Part shown: positions 27,959 to 39,177 of the stretch, in pieces | Numbering within the stretch: the first letter of the stretch is position 1 | Layout: each line of letters starts with the position of its first letter | NCBI GenBank assembly: GCA_023213395.1 | Contig: CM041465.1 | Location: 145,893,741-145,957,740 of the forward strand | Direction: 5' to 3' | Origin: Cycas panzhihuaensis | Taxonomy: Eukaryota > Plantae > Cycadophyta | Length of the DNA: 64,000 nt | Position numbers and translations under genes: made by a program | The notes under the pieces: generated by a model | The model's database searches: none | The model's input: the letters and a program-made list of their open reading frames with translations, nothing else | Told to the model about the DNA's origin: nothing

Positions 27959-28194
27959 TGTAATGAACCGTTACACCAAAACCTCGAGGTGTTAGTGAAG
28001 AGGGCCCCCCACCAAGTAGACCATTACCTCCCCCCCAGTTCAAACGGGCTAGCCCCACTTAGCCCCACTTTCATCGGTGTTCATGCACCCCACAGGCCCG
28101 GCTACGATGATGTTTTGCGCATCAACGACGTTTGGCGCGTCACCCCATCGCCCCCATAAGCGGTGTTGCCCCCACGGGATTTGAACTTGGGTCT
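27959..28194 (-). mobile_element. GC-rich TRIM-like fragment (short LTR, PPT, internal tRNA box-B-like motif)
   Basis: TGTAATGAACCGTTACACCAAAACC… short LTR-like start, then a C-tract (rc PPT) at ~28028. GGGATTTGAACTTGGGTCT (rc of a T-arm/box B) normally precedes the PBS in plant TRIMs. The PBS and second LTR are absent. Confidence 0.55.
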
Positions 28195-31100
28195 TTGTTG
28201 CCCCCATTGGAGAAGGTAATAATGAGAAATGATCATGTGTGGAGACACCTATAATATCGGGTGCCATTGTAAGCTAGGAAGACCATTCAAGATTATGGCA
28301 TGACATTATAAAATCTTACAAATAAACAAAGAACAAGAAGTCAACATGCCAATCAGGCTCTGGTAGTGGATGCCACATACTCCCAAGACTAAACTTCATA
28401 TAATGAAGTGAAAATTACTCTTCTTTAGAGAGTTAATATGGAGGAGGAATTTGGTTCTCTTGTCAAAAACCCAACATGGGAGTTAGTTTCTTAGCCTCTT
28501 AAGAAAGAGCCTATTGGTTATAAGTTGGTCTACAAGACTGAGTTTTGCTCTAATATAAAGTTGCACAAGTATAAAACAAGACACATTACGTAAGGGTTTA
28601 AGAAAAAAAAAGGGATTAATTATGAGGAGACATTTGCACTAGTCTTTAAGATGATAACAATCTATTTGATCTTTTCACTGGTAGAATAATATGGTTAGGA
28701 GCTATATCAATTGGATATGAAATCAACATTCCTTAATGGAGAGTTGAAATAGGTGATATTGATGGTGCAACCTCTTGGTTTTATTAAGAAAGGATAGGAG
28801 CATCTTATGTGCTAGCTGAAAAAGTTACTCTACGACCTAAAACAAACACTACATGCTTGGTATGCGAAGATCGATATTAAATTGAAAGAAGAAGGATTTG
28901 TTGCCATAGATCTAGAACCAAATTTATATGTTTCAATGAAAGGAACTTTAATAATAGCTATTGTGTTATACCTTAATGATTTGATCATTGTTAGCAACTA
29001 TAATAAGACTATTGTATAGGAAAATCTAATTTAGGAGTGATCTTTAACATGGCAAATATTTGGACTCTATATTACGTCTTAGGGATTGGGGTAAGGCAAA
29101 TGGAAGATAGAATTTTGGTGTTATAAATAAAATATATGAAGAGCCTACTTGAGAAATTCAAGATGGAGGACTACAAGTTTATTCAAATACCATGTGCCAA
29201 AGGCACAAAGTTCTTGAAAGATATGGAGCAACCTATTGTAGATAGAATGCTACATAGATAATTATTAGAGAGTTTAATCTATTTGACTCATATTGGACTA
29301 GATATTATTTATGCTATCAGATTAGTCTCTTGTTATATATAGAGTCCATAAGAACCACATTGGGTTGTAGCAAAGTAAATTTTGATATATTTGAAAGGAA
29401 CTCTTAATCTTGGTCTAGAGTACCTTTGTAGTGGAGATGCAAAGTTGCATGGCTATATTGATGCAGGTTGGGGAGGAGATACTGATGATAAAAAATCCAT
29501 TATTGAGTATGCATTTGGTATTGACAATGGATTTGTATCATAGCAGTTGAAGAAGTAGCAAATAATGGTACTATCTTCTATAGACATAGAGTATCAAGGA
29601 CTTATTTCTAGTGAAAGAGAAGTTGTATGATTCCAAGGACTTTTGGATATCCTTGGTAAATCTTATAGCACCTCGGTTATTTTAGTTAATAACTAGAACA
29701 CTATTCATTTATCAAAGAATCTAGAGTTTCATGCATGTACTAAGCATATTATAATCTAGAACTACTACATATGTGAATAAATCAAAGCAAGAAAGTTGTA
29801 GGTTAATTTTTTTTCAAGTGAGAAGTAATATATGGACGTGCTTACCAAACCATTTACTAAAGATCAATTCATTAAGATTCATACTAGATTAGGACTCAAA
29901 GAGGTTATCTTTGAGGGAGGATGTATTAATAAGTATAATCTCAGGCTTCATCAATAATTTCAAACAGTAGATTAAATTTCCATATTTATACTAAGGGATG
30001 ATATTAGATGGTAGTTAAGCTAAGCAATTTGATTAAAGTTAAAATGTAGTTTAGTTAATATTAAGTCAAAAGGTGTGAATATTTTAGATAGTTACAACCA
30101 TTCAAGTTGGATGTACCATTTGGGGGATTATAAATAACCCTGAAGTCTATTGTAAATCATCCAAGGAATCATCATTATGATCTAACGATCTTTGTGATAG
30201 GTTTTTTATGAAATAGTTTTCCATGTAAAATATTATATACTATATACTTGTACTCTTTATTGTTTGTTTATTGTATATGATCAAAATTCTATAGTTTAGA
30301 ATACATGCACATTTCATGTTTCTTCACAAATACTTTGAAATCTATTACCTAAAGAGGTATTTACAATACTTAGCACAAAGTTTGTTATCTTCTAATGTGT
30401 CAAGGATCAGGTTGGCATGCCAATTATATAAGTTCTAGTGTTGCTTATATATTAAGATATTAAAAAAAAAAAAAAACTATGAAAAATTTCTAAAGAAAAG
30501 GTGCAACAACCTTATTCATAGTAGTTTCGAATTTGACTAGGATATTTATATACCCAAAATATATGACTCTAAATTCATAATGTACCTAATGCATGCAAAC
30601 AATTATTTTTTCATGATTTTGGAGTGGAACTAGAATTTGATAATAACTTTAGCAAAGATCTATCTTGGAAAATAATGTAGTATTATGAAACTCATCAATA
30701 ATGCCATCCATCTAGGGAAATATTATTTGTTTTAATTATAATTTTATTGAGACCTTGATAATCTATGCAAATTTTAAAGGACCCATTTTCTTTTTAGCAA
30801 GAATCATTGGGGTTACATAGGGACTTTTACTATGAGTGATGGCATAAATCTTGAGGAGTTATTGAGTGAGTTGTTATATTTGAATTTTTTGTTTATATCC
30901 ATATTGATATAGATGAATAACTATTAGTCCTTTTTCGGGCTCATTGTTGATCATATGCTCTATTCATTTATCTAGAGAGAATGTAGTGGAAAGACCTTAG
31001 AAATCAACTTTATGCTTCTTAAGGAGCAAATAGAGTTTGGTTCTCTGATCATCTTGTAGGTCCTCACTTGTTGTGTATGCTTTGATGGAGTAAAGCTTTG

Positions 31101-32820
31101 TAAATGAAATTGATATGGACTTTGCTAAGAAGCTTATCCATTTTATCTAAAGGAATGACCTTGGAGTTAAGGGTATTTATTCTTGACAATTGATATACTT
31201 TGTCTTGCCAATGAAGCCATATGAACTTCTCATTGTGATTTAGCCCACAAGTGTTGAGTTCTTTTAGCCATTGGACTCCTAATATAACATCAATGACAAC
31301 CATTGTAAATGGGCATAAATTAGTGGAAAAGCTAACATGTTTAATTGAAACTATTGATGTTTGATTTCATCATTATAGTATATTCACATACACATTACAA
31401 TGAAAATACAAAAAGGCTTTATCTTCTTAGGATGAAGCCTCAACCACTAAGCTATATATGAATCAATAAAGTTGTGTTTGCTACTTGGGTCAATAAGAGT
31501 AACCACATTTTCTTGTCAAAGGAATTTATATAGTTTGATGGTGTTGGTGGGTCATTGTCTTCTAGATATGGATATGATAGAGATCTCACGAGGTCTATTC
31601 ACAATGATTTGCTCATGTAGTTGCTTTATATATTATTGGTCATTTGTGATGTCATCGTTGTCTTGTTTAATAGCATAGACCTGTTGTCTCTTTGGGTAGA
31701 CCTTGTTATTTTTTGCTAACCTTTTCTCATTACAATGGAAACATATTTTAATATTTTTCATCCTTTGTTTTTCAACATCTTCTTATAGGTGTAGTGGCAA
31801 ACATTGGCAAATATTAGTCTTCTTATTAGTAAGATGTATCTATGATCTTAGTGCTTGAGTTTTATTTTTGCTTGATGAGTGAGGATGATAGCAATGGTTA
31901 ATATTTATGGCTAAAACATGGCAATTTCATTACTAAATTCTAGCTGAAGATTGGTTTTGTAATACTCCATGCCATCTTTATCTAACATATCTATCTTTAT
32001 GTGGAGCTTTTCAAAAATTTCTATGAATTCATTGGCAAAGGAGTTACGTTAGAAGTAGTATGATAGTTGTAGGTTATAAGGGCCAGAATTAGCACCTTCA
32101 ACCTTAACATGTAAATCATCGATTAATTCATGCCAAAAGGTATACAATCAACTGTAATACCATTTCTATGATCACACATACACATGGACCTTTGGGTGGT
32201 TAATGGAAAAACTAGTTTTCTCATTATCATATTTATTTGTGATATATATGAAGGTTGCTTTGAGATTTGCAATCCATTCATCCATTTTGACTTGTCCTTT
32301 TAGGCAACAAGTGGGAATGATGATTTATCTCTTGTAGTGGACTAGGTGCTTGGAGTTATTTGTATGGGGACTTTGTTGATCTTATGGCATTGGGGGCTCA
32401 CATTTTGTGCAAACATGGCAATTAGTTGTTCACTTAGCTTGCTCACCATCTCTTATAGTTAGGACACCCTAGAATTAGTATTAGGTTTTGCTTGTTCTTT
32501 ATGTGATATTCATGTTTTTTTGGTATGGACAATTGGATTGGACCTACTGGAACATAGATCTATACATGATAAATCCATAATGTCTTGGATGGACTCATTG
32601 GGGACTGATATGATTGAAGAATCTAATGTTACTTACAATGATCCTTTTGACAATTACTTGGGCAATTGATCTTAACTCAAATAGATTGAATGATAATTCT
32701 ATTTAATGAAAAATTTTGAAAGAACTTAATAACTAATTAAGAAATGAAATCCAGATGGAATAAGAAATATGTAAAGATATTGGTTTACTTCAATTAACAC
32801 GGGAAAGGTTGATCTTAATG

Positions 32821-35096
32821 TGTCACATGCCTCAAGGATGTACTATGGATGCAGAGAAAAAGTAGAAACTCATAAATTTCGAGGATAAAAAACACACCAA
32901 GGATAGGAAAGAGAAGAGAGGGAATTCTTGTTTAAAGATTTTTCCTTTAAGTATTCATTTTTTTTTTGTTAAGGTAAAAAATGAATAATATGGGGGTTTA
33001 AAAACAAGATCCCACAACCTAGTACATCAAAATAATTTTAATAGCCAAATCATGATGGACTGCAACAACCCCACGATCTGAATTTAAGTTCAAATATGTT
33101 AGGACAAGCCCTTAGGCTAGCTATCTTGGATCCTTTCTATCTCAACCAGATTCATAAGTTCCTCGGGTAGACCCTCCCTCCAAATAGTAGATTTCCTGTG
33201 CCTAACCCCTAAGTTAGCCAAGAGATCGGCCACTTTGTTACCTTCCCTGAATGTATGCTGAAACTAAATGTTCTTCAGATCCTTTAGTGTCTCCTTAGCA
33301 TCTTTAATCATAGTTTGAAATCTCTAATCTAGTGAAGTTATGCCTTTCAGAAGATTTATTACAGTCATAGAGTCCCTTTCAACAACCACCCTGCTAAATC
33401 CCCCTTCCAGGGCTAACTCTATGGACTTTAGCATAGCTATCACCTCCACAAAGTGGTTCATCTGTTGATCATAGTATTCTGCAAAAGCCCATATTGGATT
33501 CCCTTTAGCATCTCTGCATATACCACTGCCCCAGCTTCTCCAGGGTTTCTTTTCGAAGCGCCATCAAAATTTATTTTTAATCAGTGCACGTTTAGGGGAA
33601 TCCAGGGGCTGATCCTTATTTTCTCCTCCTTAATTATCGACTTTATCCCCCATTTATATAAAATCTTGCCTTTTGACAACAACATATTCTTCTCCTCTAT
33701 GTTTTTAACATTCTCCCTAATCTCCGTGTGGAAGACATTGAAGATAGCGATTAGATCCATCTGTCTGTCCTGAAAGATCCTTCTATTTCTTTCCTTCCAA
33801 ATGTTCCATGACAGCACCAAGGTAGCGCTTTTCCATAAATTACCTAAGACTCTACTCTTGAATGACTTTGCCAAGAAGTCCAATGACCCACAATATTATG
33901 AGAAAGGACCCAATTCACCTCAAGCACATCGAGTAAGAGTCTCCAAACCTTACTTGAGTAAGGACACTTAAGAAGAATATGATCCATAGATTCCTCCTCT
34001 TTGCGGTAAAGAATACGCCTATTTTTCAAATGAAAACCTCTCCTTTTGAGATTATCCACAGTTAGGATTTTATTCCTAAGACAAGTCCACCAAAAAAAGA
34101 CTATCTTAGGGATCAGGTCTAGTTTCTAAACCCCTTCAAAAATCTCATTCCTCTGGTCTCCTCTATCTGAACAAAGGTAGAGGTATCCCTGTTTCACTGA
34201 GTACTCCCTAGTTTGGGATGAGGGCTAGACAACTGAGTCAGCCGTCTTCACTTTAGGTATGTAGCATTTGGCAAGGATCTTTTTAAGTTTAGTAAGACCT
34301 TCTTGGGGTAAAGTCTCCTGCTGAAGTTCGACGAAATTCCTCCAATATTTAGACATCCCTCTCCCAAGCTAATAGTCTTTCACTTGAGTGCCATATAGTC
34401 TTTCACAAGGGGCTTGAAGGGAAGCTAAATTAGGACAATTCTTTAGACCCTTTTCACTGTACCATGCATCTTCCCAAAAATTTATAGTGTTCCCATTGCC
34501 CAGACTCCACTTCAGTCCAGTTCTCACCATGTTCTAGGCTTTGAGGAGGCTCCTCCAAACAACTGAGCTGGGAGGGGTAACAATATTCTCAAGGAGAGAG
34601 CTATCTTGAAGATACTTTTGAATTAAGATCTTCTCCCATAGACCCTTGCCTCCCTTGACTAGTCATCATCTAAGCTTAGCCACAAGGGTGGAATTAAATA
34701 GAGATACTCTCATAAGATTTAGACCCCCAGCCCATCTCGGTGTGAAAACTTTACTCCAACTTCCCAAGTGGATTCTATCCTTCTCCTCAACCCCAGACCA
34801 AAGGAATATTTTCTGGATGGGCTCCAGAATTGCATTTATGTATTCATTTTTTATCATGAAAATGTAAATACATTGTTAACAAGGTAGCATAGTTATTTGT
34901 AGTCACTAATCCTAACTATCCTTTATTAACTAATTAAGATTATACTAATTCTAATTGACTAACCTTAATTTAAGCTCATTGCCTTGATAAGGCATTACAT
35001 TAAATTATGGAATTACTAGGATTATAACTAAGCCATTTACATTACATAATCACCTCTAAAAATATTCATGGTTATAGTACATTCATGGTACATGAC
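32821..35096. repeat. isolated LTR (TGTCAC...ATGACA) split by an L1 insertion
   Basis: Terminal inverted motif TGTCACATGCC / GGTACATGACA; sequence is continuous across the L1 TSD. The flanks do not form a TSD. Confidence 0.55.
32964..34839 (-). mobile_element. 5'-truncated L1-type LINE (ORF2 C-terminus with zf-RVT and RNase H)
   Basis: FLWSG..IHLGSWSKVFTPRWAGGL, EESMDHILLKCPYS, WNIWKERNRRIF, NFDGASKRNPGEAG, HTFREGNKVADLLAN. Short poly(T) at the left end. 13-bp TSD GTATTCATTTTTT at 32951-32963 and 34840-34852. Confidence 0.95.
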
Positions 35097-36966
35097 ATAC
35101 ATAATAAAGTCGCACAACATTGATGAGTGGTGCCCATAATCCTTAATTTCTTCCTTTTTTAGAAAAATTATCCCTAATTTCATGGACTTTTAGTGGATGT
35201 GAAAGAAGTGGTCCATGATTACTTGGGAGAATAATGCCACATTATGATTGCCTACCAGCTATGAAGCCATATGGGTTTTCTGGTGACAAGAAGTATGTTT
35301 AGTCAATCAAGAGGTGAAGGATCCTACAAGACTACCATTTACTGCTTATTAAAGAGAATCACTAATGGGAGAATGTTGTGGGTGTCTTATAAATGGTTGT
35401 AAACTAGGATTCATAATATATGCCCTAAAGGGTGGGTATCCTTTAGATGTTGAAGAAGAATTACATGGAGTAGATCCAATTTGGTTAGGCCCTTTCTTTA
35501 TGTCATATGTAGTAGAGGTTAGTACAATATTGTATTGTGTAACTTATATTAAGGATAGACTTGCTAGAACCTCAATCATACCTATATCCATTACCTTGGT
35601 TGAGTATATGAGGGTGGAGGTCATTTCCATCCTTTGTATATTCTTCAACAAGGAGTGAAAGTAAATCAATGCATACTCCTTTTATATATATGTTGTGAGT
35701 CACTATAGAGCCGCATGATGAAGAGAGAAGCCTCTTGGACAAAAAGGTGTTGTTGATGTTACCAAATGATGGAAGACTGTGGACTCTATTTTAAAGATGG
35801 TATTTGTATATTGTAGGAGATGATAACTACCTACACTTGATATTATAGTGAGGTATCAATAATCTTCTTTATTATGAACAATGAGCAAATGATACCATTT
35901 GCATTTGGTGGTATTACTTGTTGTTGAAATGAGGGTTGTTGCCATTGGAGCAGTTTCCATTGTAATAATATTGATGATAAAATTGATTAAAGAATTGGAG
36001 TTCTAATGTGTTAGGGTGCAATAGAAGTAGGAGTACTAGTGGCGTTGGTAGTACTTGTAAGTGTGGCATAGGGCTTATACTTAGAGGCATCAAATAGTAG
36101 ATCTTGTGGGATAACGATATGAATGGCCTTGGGTTGCTAATGAACATGCATTGGCTACAAAATGTTTATCATTGTAGTCATCAAATTCTTTTGGAATAAT
36201 TGCATCTCTTTTTGCCCCTCTCTCCTATGGCCTTTGTCTTACCTTTAGAGATTTGTTAGAAGTCTTCATATAAAGGGGTTTAGCTAAGAGTTGGAGAGGT
36301 TCTTCTCTAAGCCCATGCCTGTATTATATGTTTTATAACTTGTAAATAATGTGTGAATTGATAGGTGCCTTAATTAATTAGGGTTTGTCCCTTTTTATAA
36401 GCACCCAACTTTAATTATGATTAGGTTAGTTGTTAAAAATAATTGGTTGAATAATAAAATTTTCCTTCTAAAGTTTTTACAAGTTCCCCTTTCCCTTATA
36501 GAAATTTATTGATGAGTTAATGAAATAGGTTTTATGAAAATATACAAAATTTTTGAGTGCCTAATCTAGTGTCTTGTCACTTTTAAAGTTAAATTTTCTT
36601 TTGAAACAGAATAAAAAAATATTCTTTTCAAATAAACTATAGTTTTTTAAATTTCTAATTTAAAAGAGAATATTCACTTTTATAAATGGAATATGCCAAA
36701 TAAAATTGTTTTGTTGACCTTAGTAACTTTTGATTTTTTTGGCAATTTCAACTCTTGCATTGACAATTGTAAGAGGATTTCTATGATTTCCTTCCTCATC
36801 TATGTTTTGGAATTTGAGTGTTCAATTTTCTTTGGATTTTGCATATGCGAGTCGAGGTGTAGGTGTTGGCTGATGGAAGGGAGACTTTGCAGGTTTAACC
36901 GCTTTGTGGAGAATAGAGATATGTTGAACTTGATCATTTTTTAAAATAATTTTAATATTTTTTCTT

Positions 36967-38522
36967 TGTGTCAACTAAAGATCTCCACTTGTTGAATACA
37001 AACAAGGGAGTTATGAATTGTGATTAGCATTCAACCCTCCTAATATTGTTGCTTAAGAGCTATATATACTAATGACATTTATATCAAGCGGTATAATTTT
37101 AATGCCTCGAAGGTGATCACCCTTATATCGTTACCTTTGAATAGAACTTTGTGATGGGGTGGAGGTTCCTTCCACAACAACACATGCATGTAAAAGAAAC
37201 TAAGAAATTCATAGTGAAAACAAAGCCAATATTCATGAGAACAACTTTGGTTAAAATTTTCTATCTTCTATTTTAAAAACTAAAAAATGCCATTTTCTTA
37301 CAATCCAAAATTATCCACATTCAAGGGCTCTAGCCATGTAAAAATCCTAACTATCATCTTCTAAAATTAGGTAATTGATTTGGAGCAAAAATCTTGCAAT
37401 TCAGAAAATTTTTAATTTTAATAAATTCTTAATTATTACTAGTTTTAGTAAATTTTATAAAAGATCTCTAATTTGTTCAAAATTTGTCCCATAGGTAGTC
37501 AAACATATCTTGGGTCCTATAAAAAATTTAATCTCCTTATTTCCTTTTCCTAAACATAATTAAATCTTTATATCCTAAAGAGGTACATCTTTCCCTTTTT
37601 GAGACTTTTACATAGTTAAACTAAAAATGTGATTTTTAGGTCATAAATGACCTTTTCTTGGGAATGGCTATATAAATATGCCTATGAAAATTCTATATAG
37701 TCGATACATACTAATCTTGTAGGTCTTGGTTCAAACTTTGATTTTGATAGATGATTTGTGAAAAATAGACTCGTAATAATGGAGATACATTAAGTTTAGT
37801 ATAGGTGAAATTTATGTATTAGGAATGTGAATACTCCTGCATCATTCTCCTCCTGTTAAAAGGAACTCTACTTCTACAAGTTAAACTTGTGAAATTCCTA
37901 CTGCTTTCTATAGTATGACCTCTTTAGGAATCTATGTGTGGTCCCTCTATTCTAATTCCTTCCATTGAACCAAATATCTATCCTAATTCTTGTGCATAGT
38001 GTTCACAATCTTTATGTCTAGTGCTTGTTCTATTTCTTCTCTTTTCCTTTGAGGCATTTGTTACCTCTAATTTACTTTTACTTCTTTATCTCGTCTATTA
38101 TCTCTCTTATGATAATCATATAAACTAGAAATATTGAAAGTCAGATAAATATCATATTTTGGGGGTAAATTTACCTCGTATACATTATTATTAATTTTTT
38201 TAATATTATGACAAGGGCCAATCTTCTTATACTTCAACTTACTGTATGTCCCCTGAGGAAACCTATCATTCCTCAAATAAACTATTACTAAGTCATTGAC
38301 TATGAATACTTTATACTTCTTAGTCATGTCAATTATCACCTTATATATTTTATTGATATCTTGAAGCTTTTACCTCACCTTGTCATGTACATACTGCATA
38401 TGTTCTACAAATACCTCTTCACCATCATCTACTTCTACCATTCGATGGTGACTATGTCAAATCCAAAACTCCCTTTGGATTTCGACCATAGATAATCTAG
38501 AATGATGACTTTCTTGTCGATT
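36967..38522 (-). mobile_element. CRM-like chromovirus 3' end (IN C-terminus, chromodomain-like tail, PPT, 3' LTR)
   Basis: ORF 38067-38339 VYLRNDRFPQGTYSKLKYKKIGPC; RYLVQWKEL at ~37960. In element orientation ACAGGAGGAGAA-TGATGCAG marks the LTR start at 37844. The left boundary is approximate. Confidence 0.82.
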
Positions 38523-38640
38523 TGTTCATAGAGATGTTATATGTAAACTCAACTTGCACCAATGCCAAGCCCCATTGCTTAGGCCTTTTTCCCATAATGC
38601 ATTATGTGTGGGTGAAAATGCATACAAAATTTTGATTGAA

Positions 38641-39177
38641 GTTGTAATCAAGTTGTAATAAGAAGTCATAGTTATGATTAAGCTATAGTTAGAGTTGTAA
38701 TTGTAACTGAGTTTAATTGGAATCACAGTTGCAATCAGGCTGTAGTTAAAGTGCAGTTATGACCGAGTTGCACTTGAAGTTGTAGTTATGATTGGGTTAT
38801 AATTAGAGAGTACTTGCGACTATATTGCAGTTGGAATTATGGTTGCGACCAGATCACAGTTAAACAACACTTATAATTGGATTGTAGTTGAATACCATTT
38901 ACAACTAGATCATAGTTAAGTGATAGTTGCAACTAGATCACAGTTGGAGCTACAATTGTGACCAGATTATAGTTGGAGTGATAGTTGTAATTAGATTGTA
39001 GTTGAACTATAGTTGCGACCATATTGTAGTTGGAATTGTGATTACAAACAAATTGCAATTGAGTGATAATCACAATCAAATTATAGTTGATCCATAATTG
39101 TGACTAAATTGTAGTTGGTGCTACAATTACAACCAAATTATAGTTAGAACTACAATTGCAATCAGATTACACTTAGA
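38641..39177. repeat. degenerate tandem array, ~18-19 units of 28/29 bp
   Basis: Units such as GCTACAATTGTGACCAGATTATAGTTGGA and CTATAGTTGCGACCATATTGTAGTTGGA, arranged head to tail with no spacers. Confidence 0.92.

Larger units (their letters stand above)
9954..30328 (+). mobile_element. Ty1/copia copia-2 inserted in the RT of chromovirus B, itself interrupted
   Basis: LTRs at 9954-10282 and 30002-30328 (both end TGTTTCTTCACA). PBS-like TGGTATTAAAGT at 10283. TSD AATAT (9949-9953)/AATAC (30329-30333). Gag at 11222 (FNGNNLSEWK), PR WISDSG ~12090, IN 12650-12990 and 16288-16420, RT/RH 28380-29910. Confidence 0.93.
7470..32820 (-). mobile_element. Ty3/gypsy chromovirus B, expanded to ~25 kb by nested insertions
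   Basis: LTR 7470-7849 matches 32634-32819 (…ATCTTAACTCAAATAGAT…GATGGAA…GATTTACTTCAAT). IN/chromodomain, RH and the RT end lie at 7860-9950 (MQPLPI..WEDDNIDFITRL; YLGHII). RT start, PR (DVILGVQWLK) and gag lie at 30334-32600. The 5' LTR is cut at 32820 by another LTR. Confidence 0.9.

Noticed and set aside
28160-28200. tRNA gene
   Set aside because: Only a T-arm/acceptor-like half; no D-arm or anticodon arm.
32821-35096. Solo LTR formed by intra-element recombination
   Set aside because: Flanks TAATG/TACAT do not match and chromovirus B's LTR does not resume afterwards, so a clean solo LTR is not supported.
38641-39177. CRISPR-like periodicity (~28 bp)
   Set aside because: Units are contiguous and degenerate along their whole length, with no unique spacers and no cas genes; the context is eukaryotic TE.
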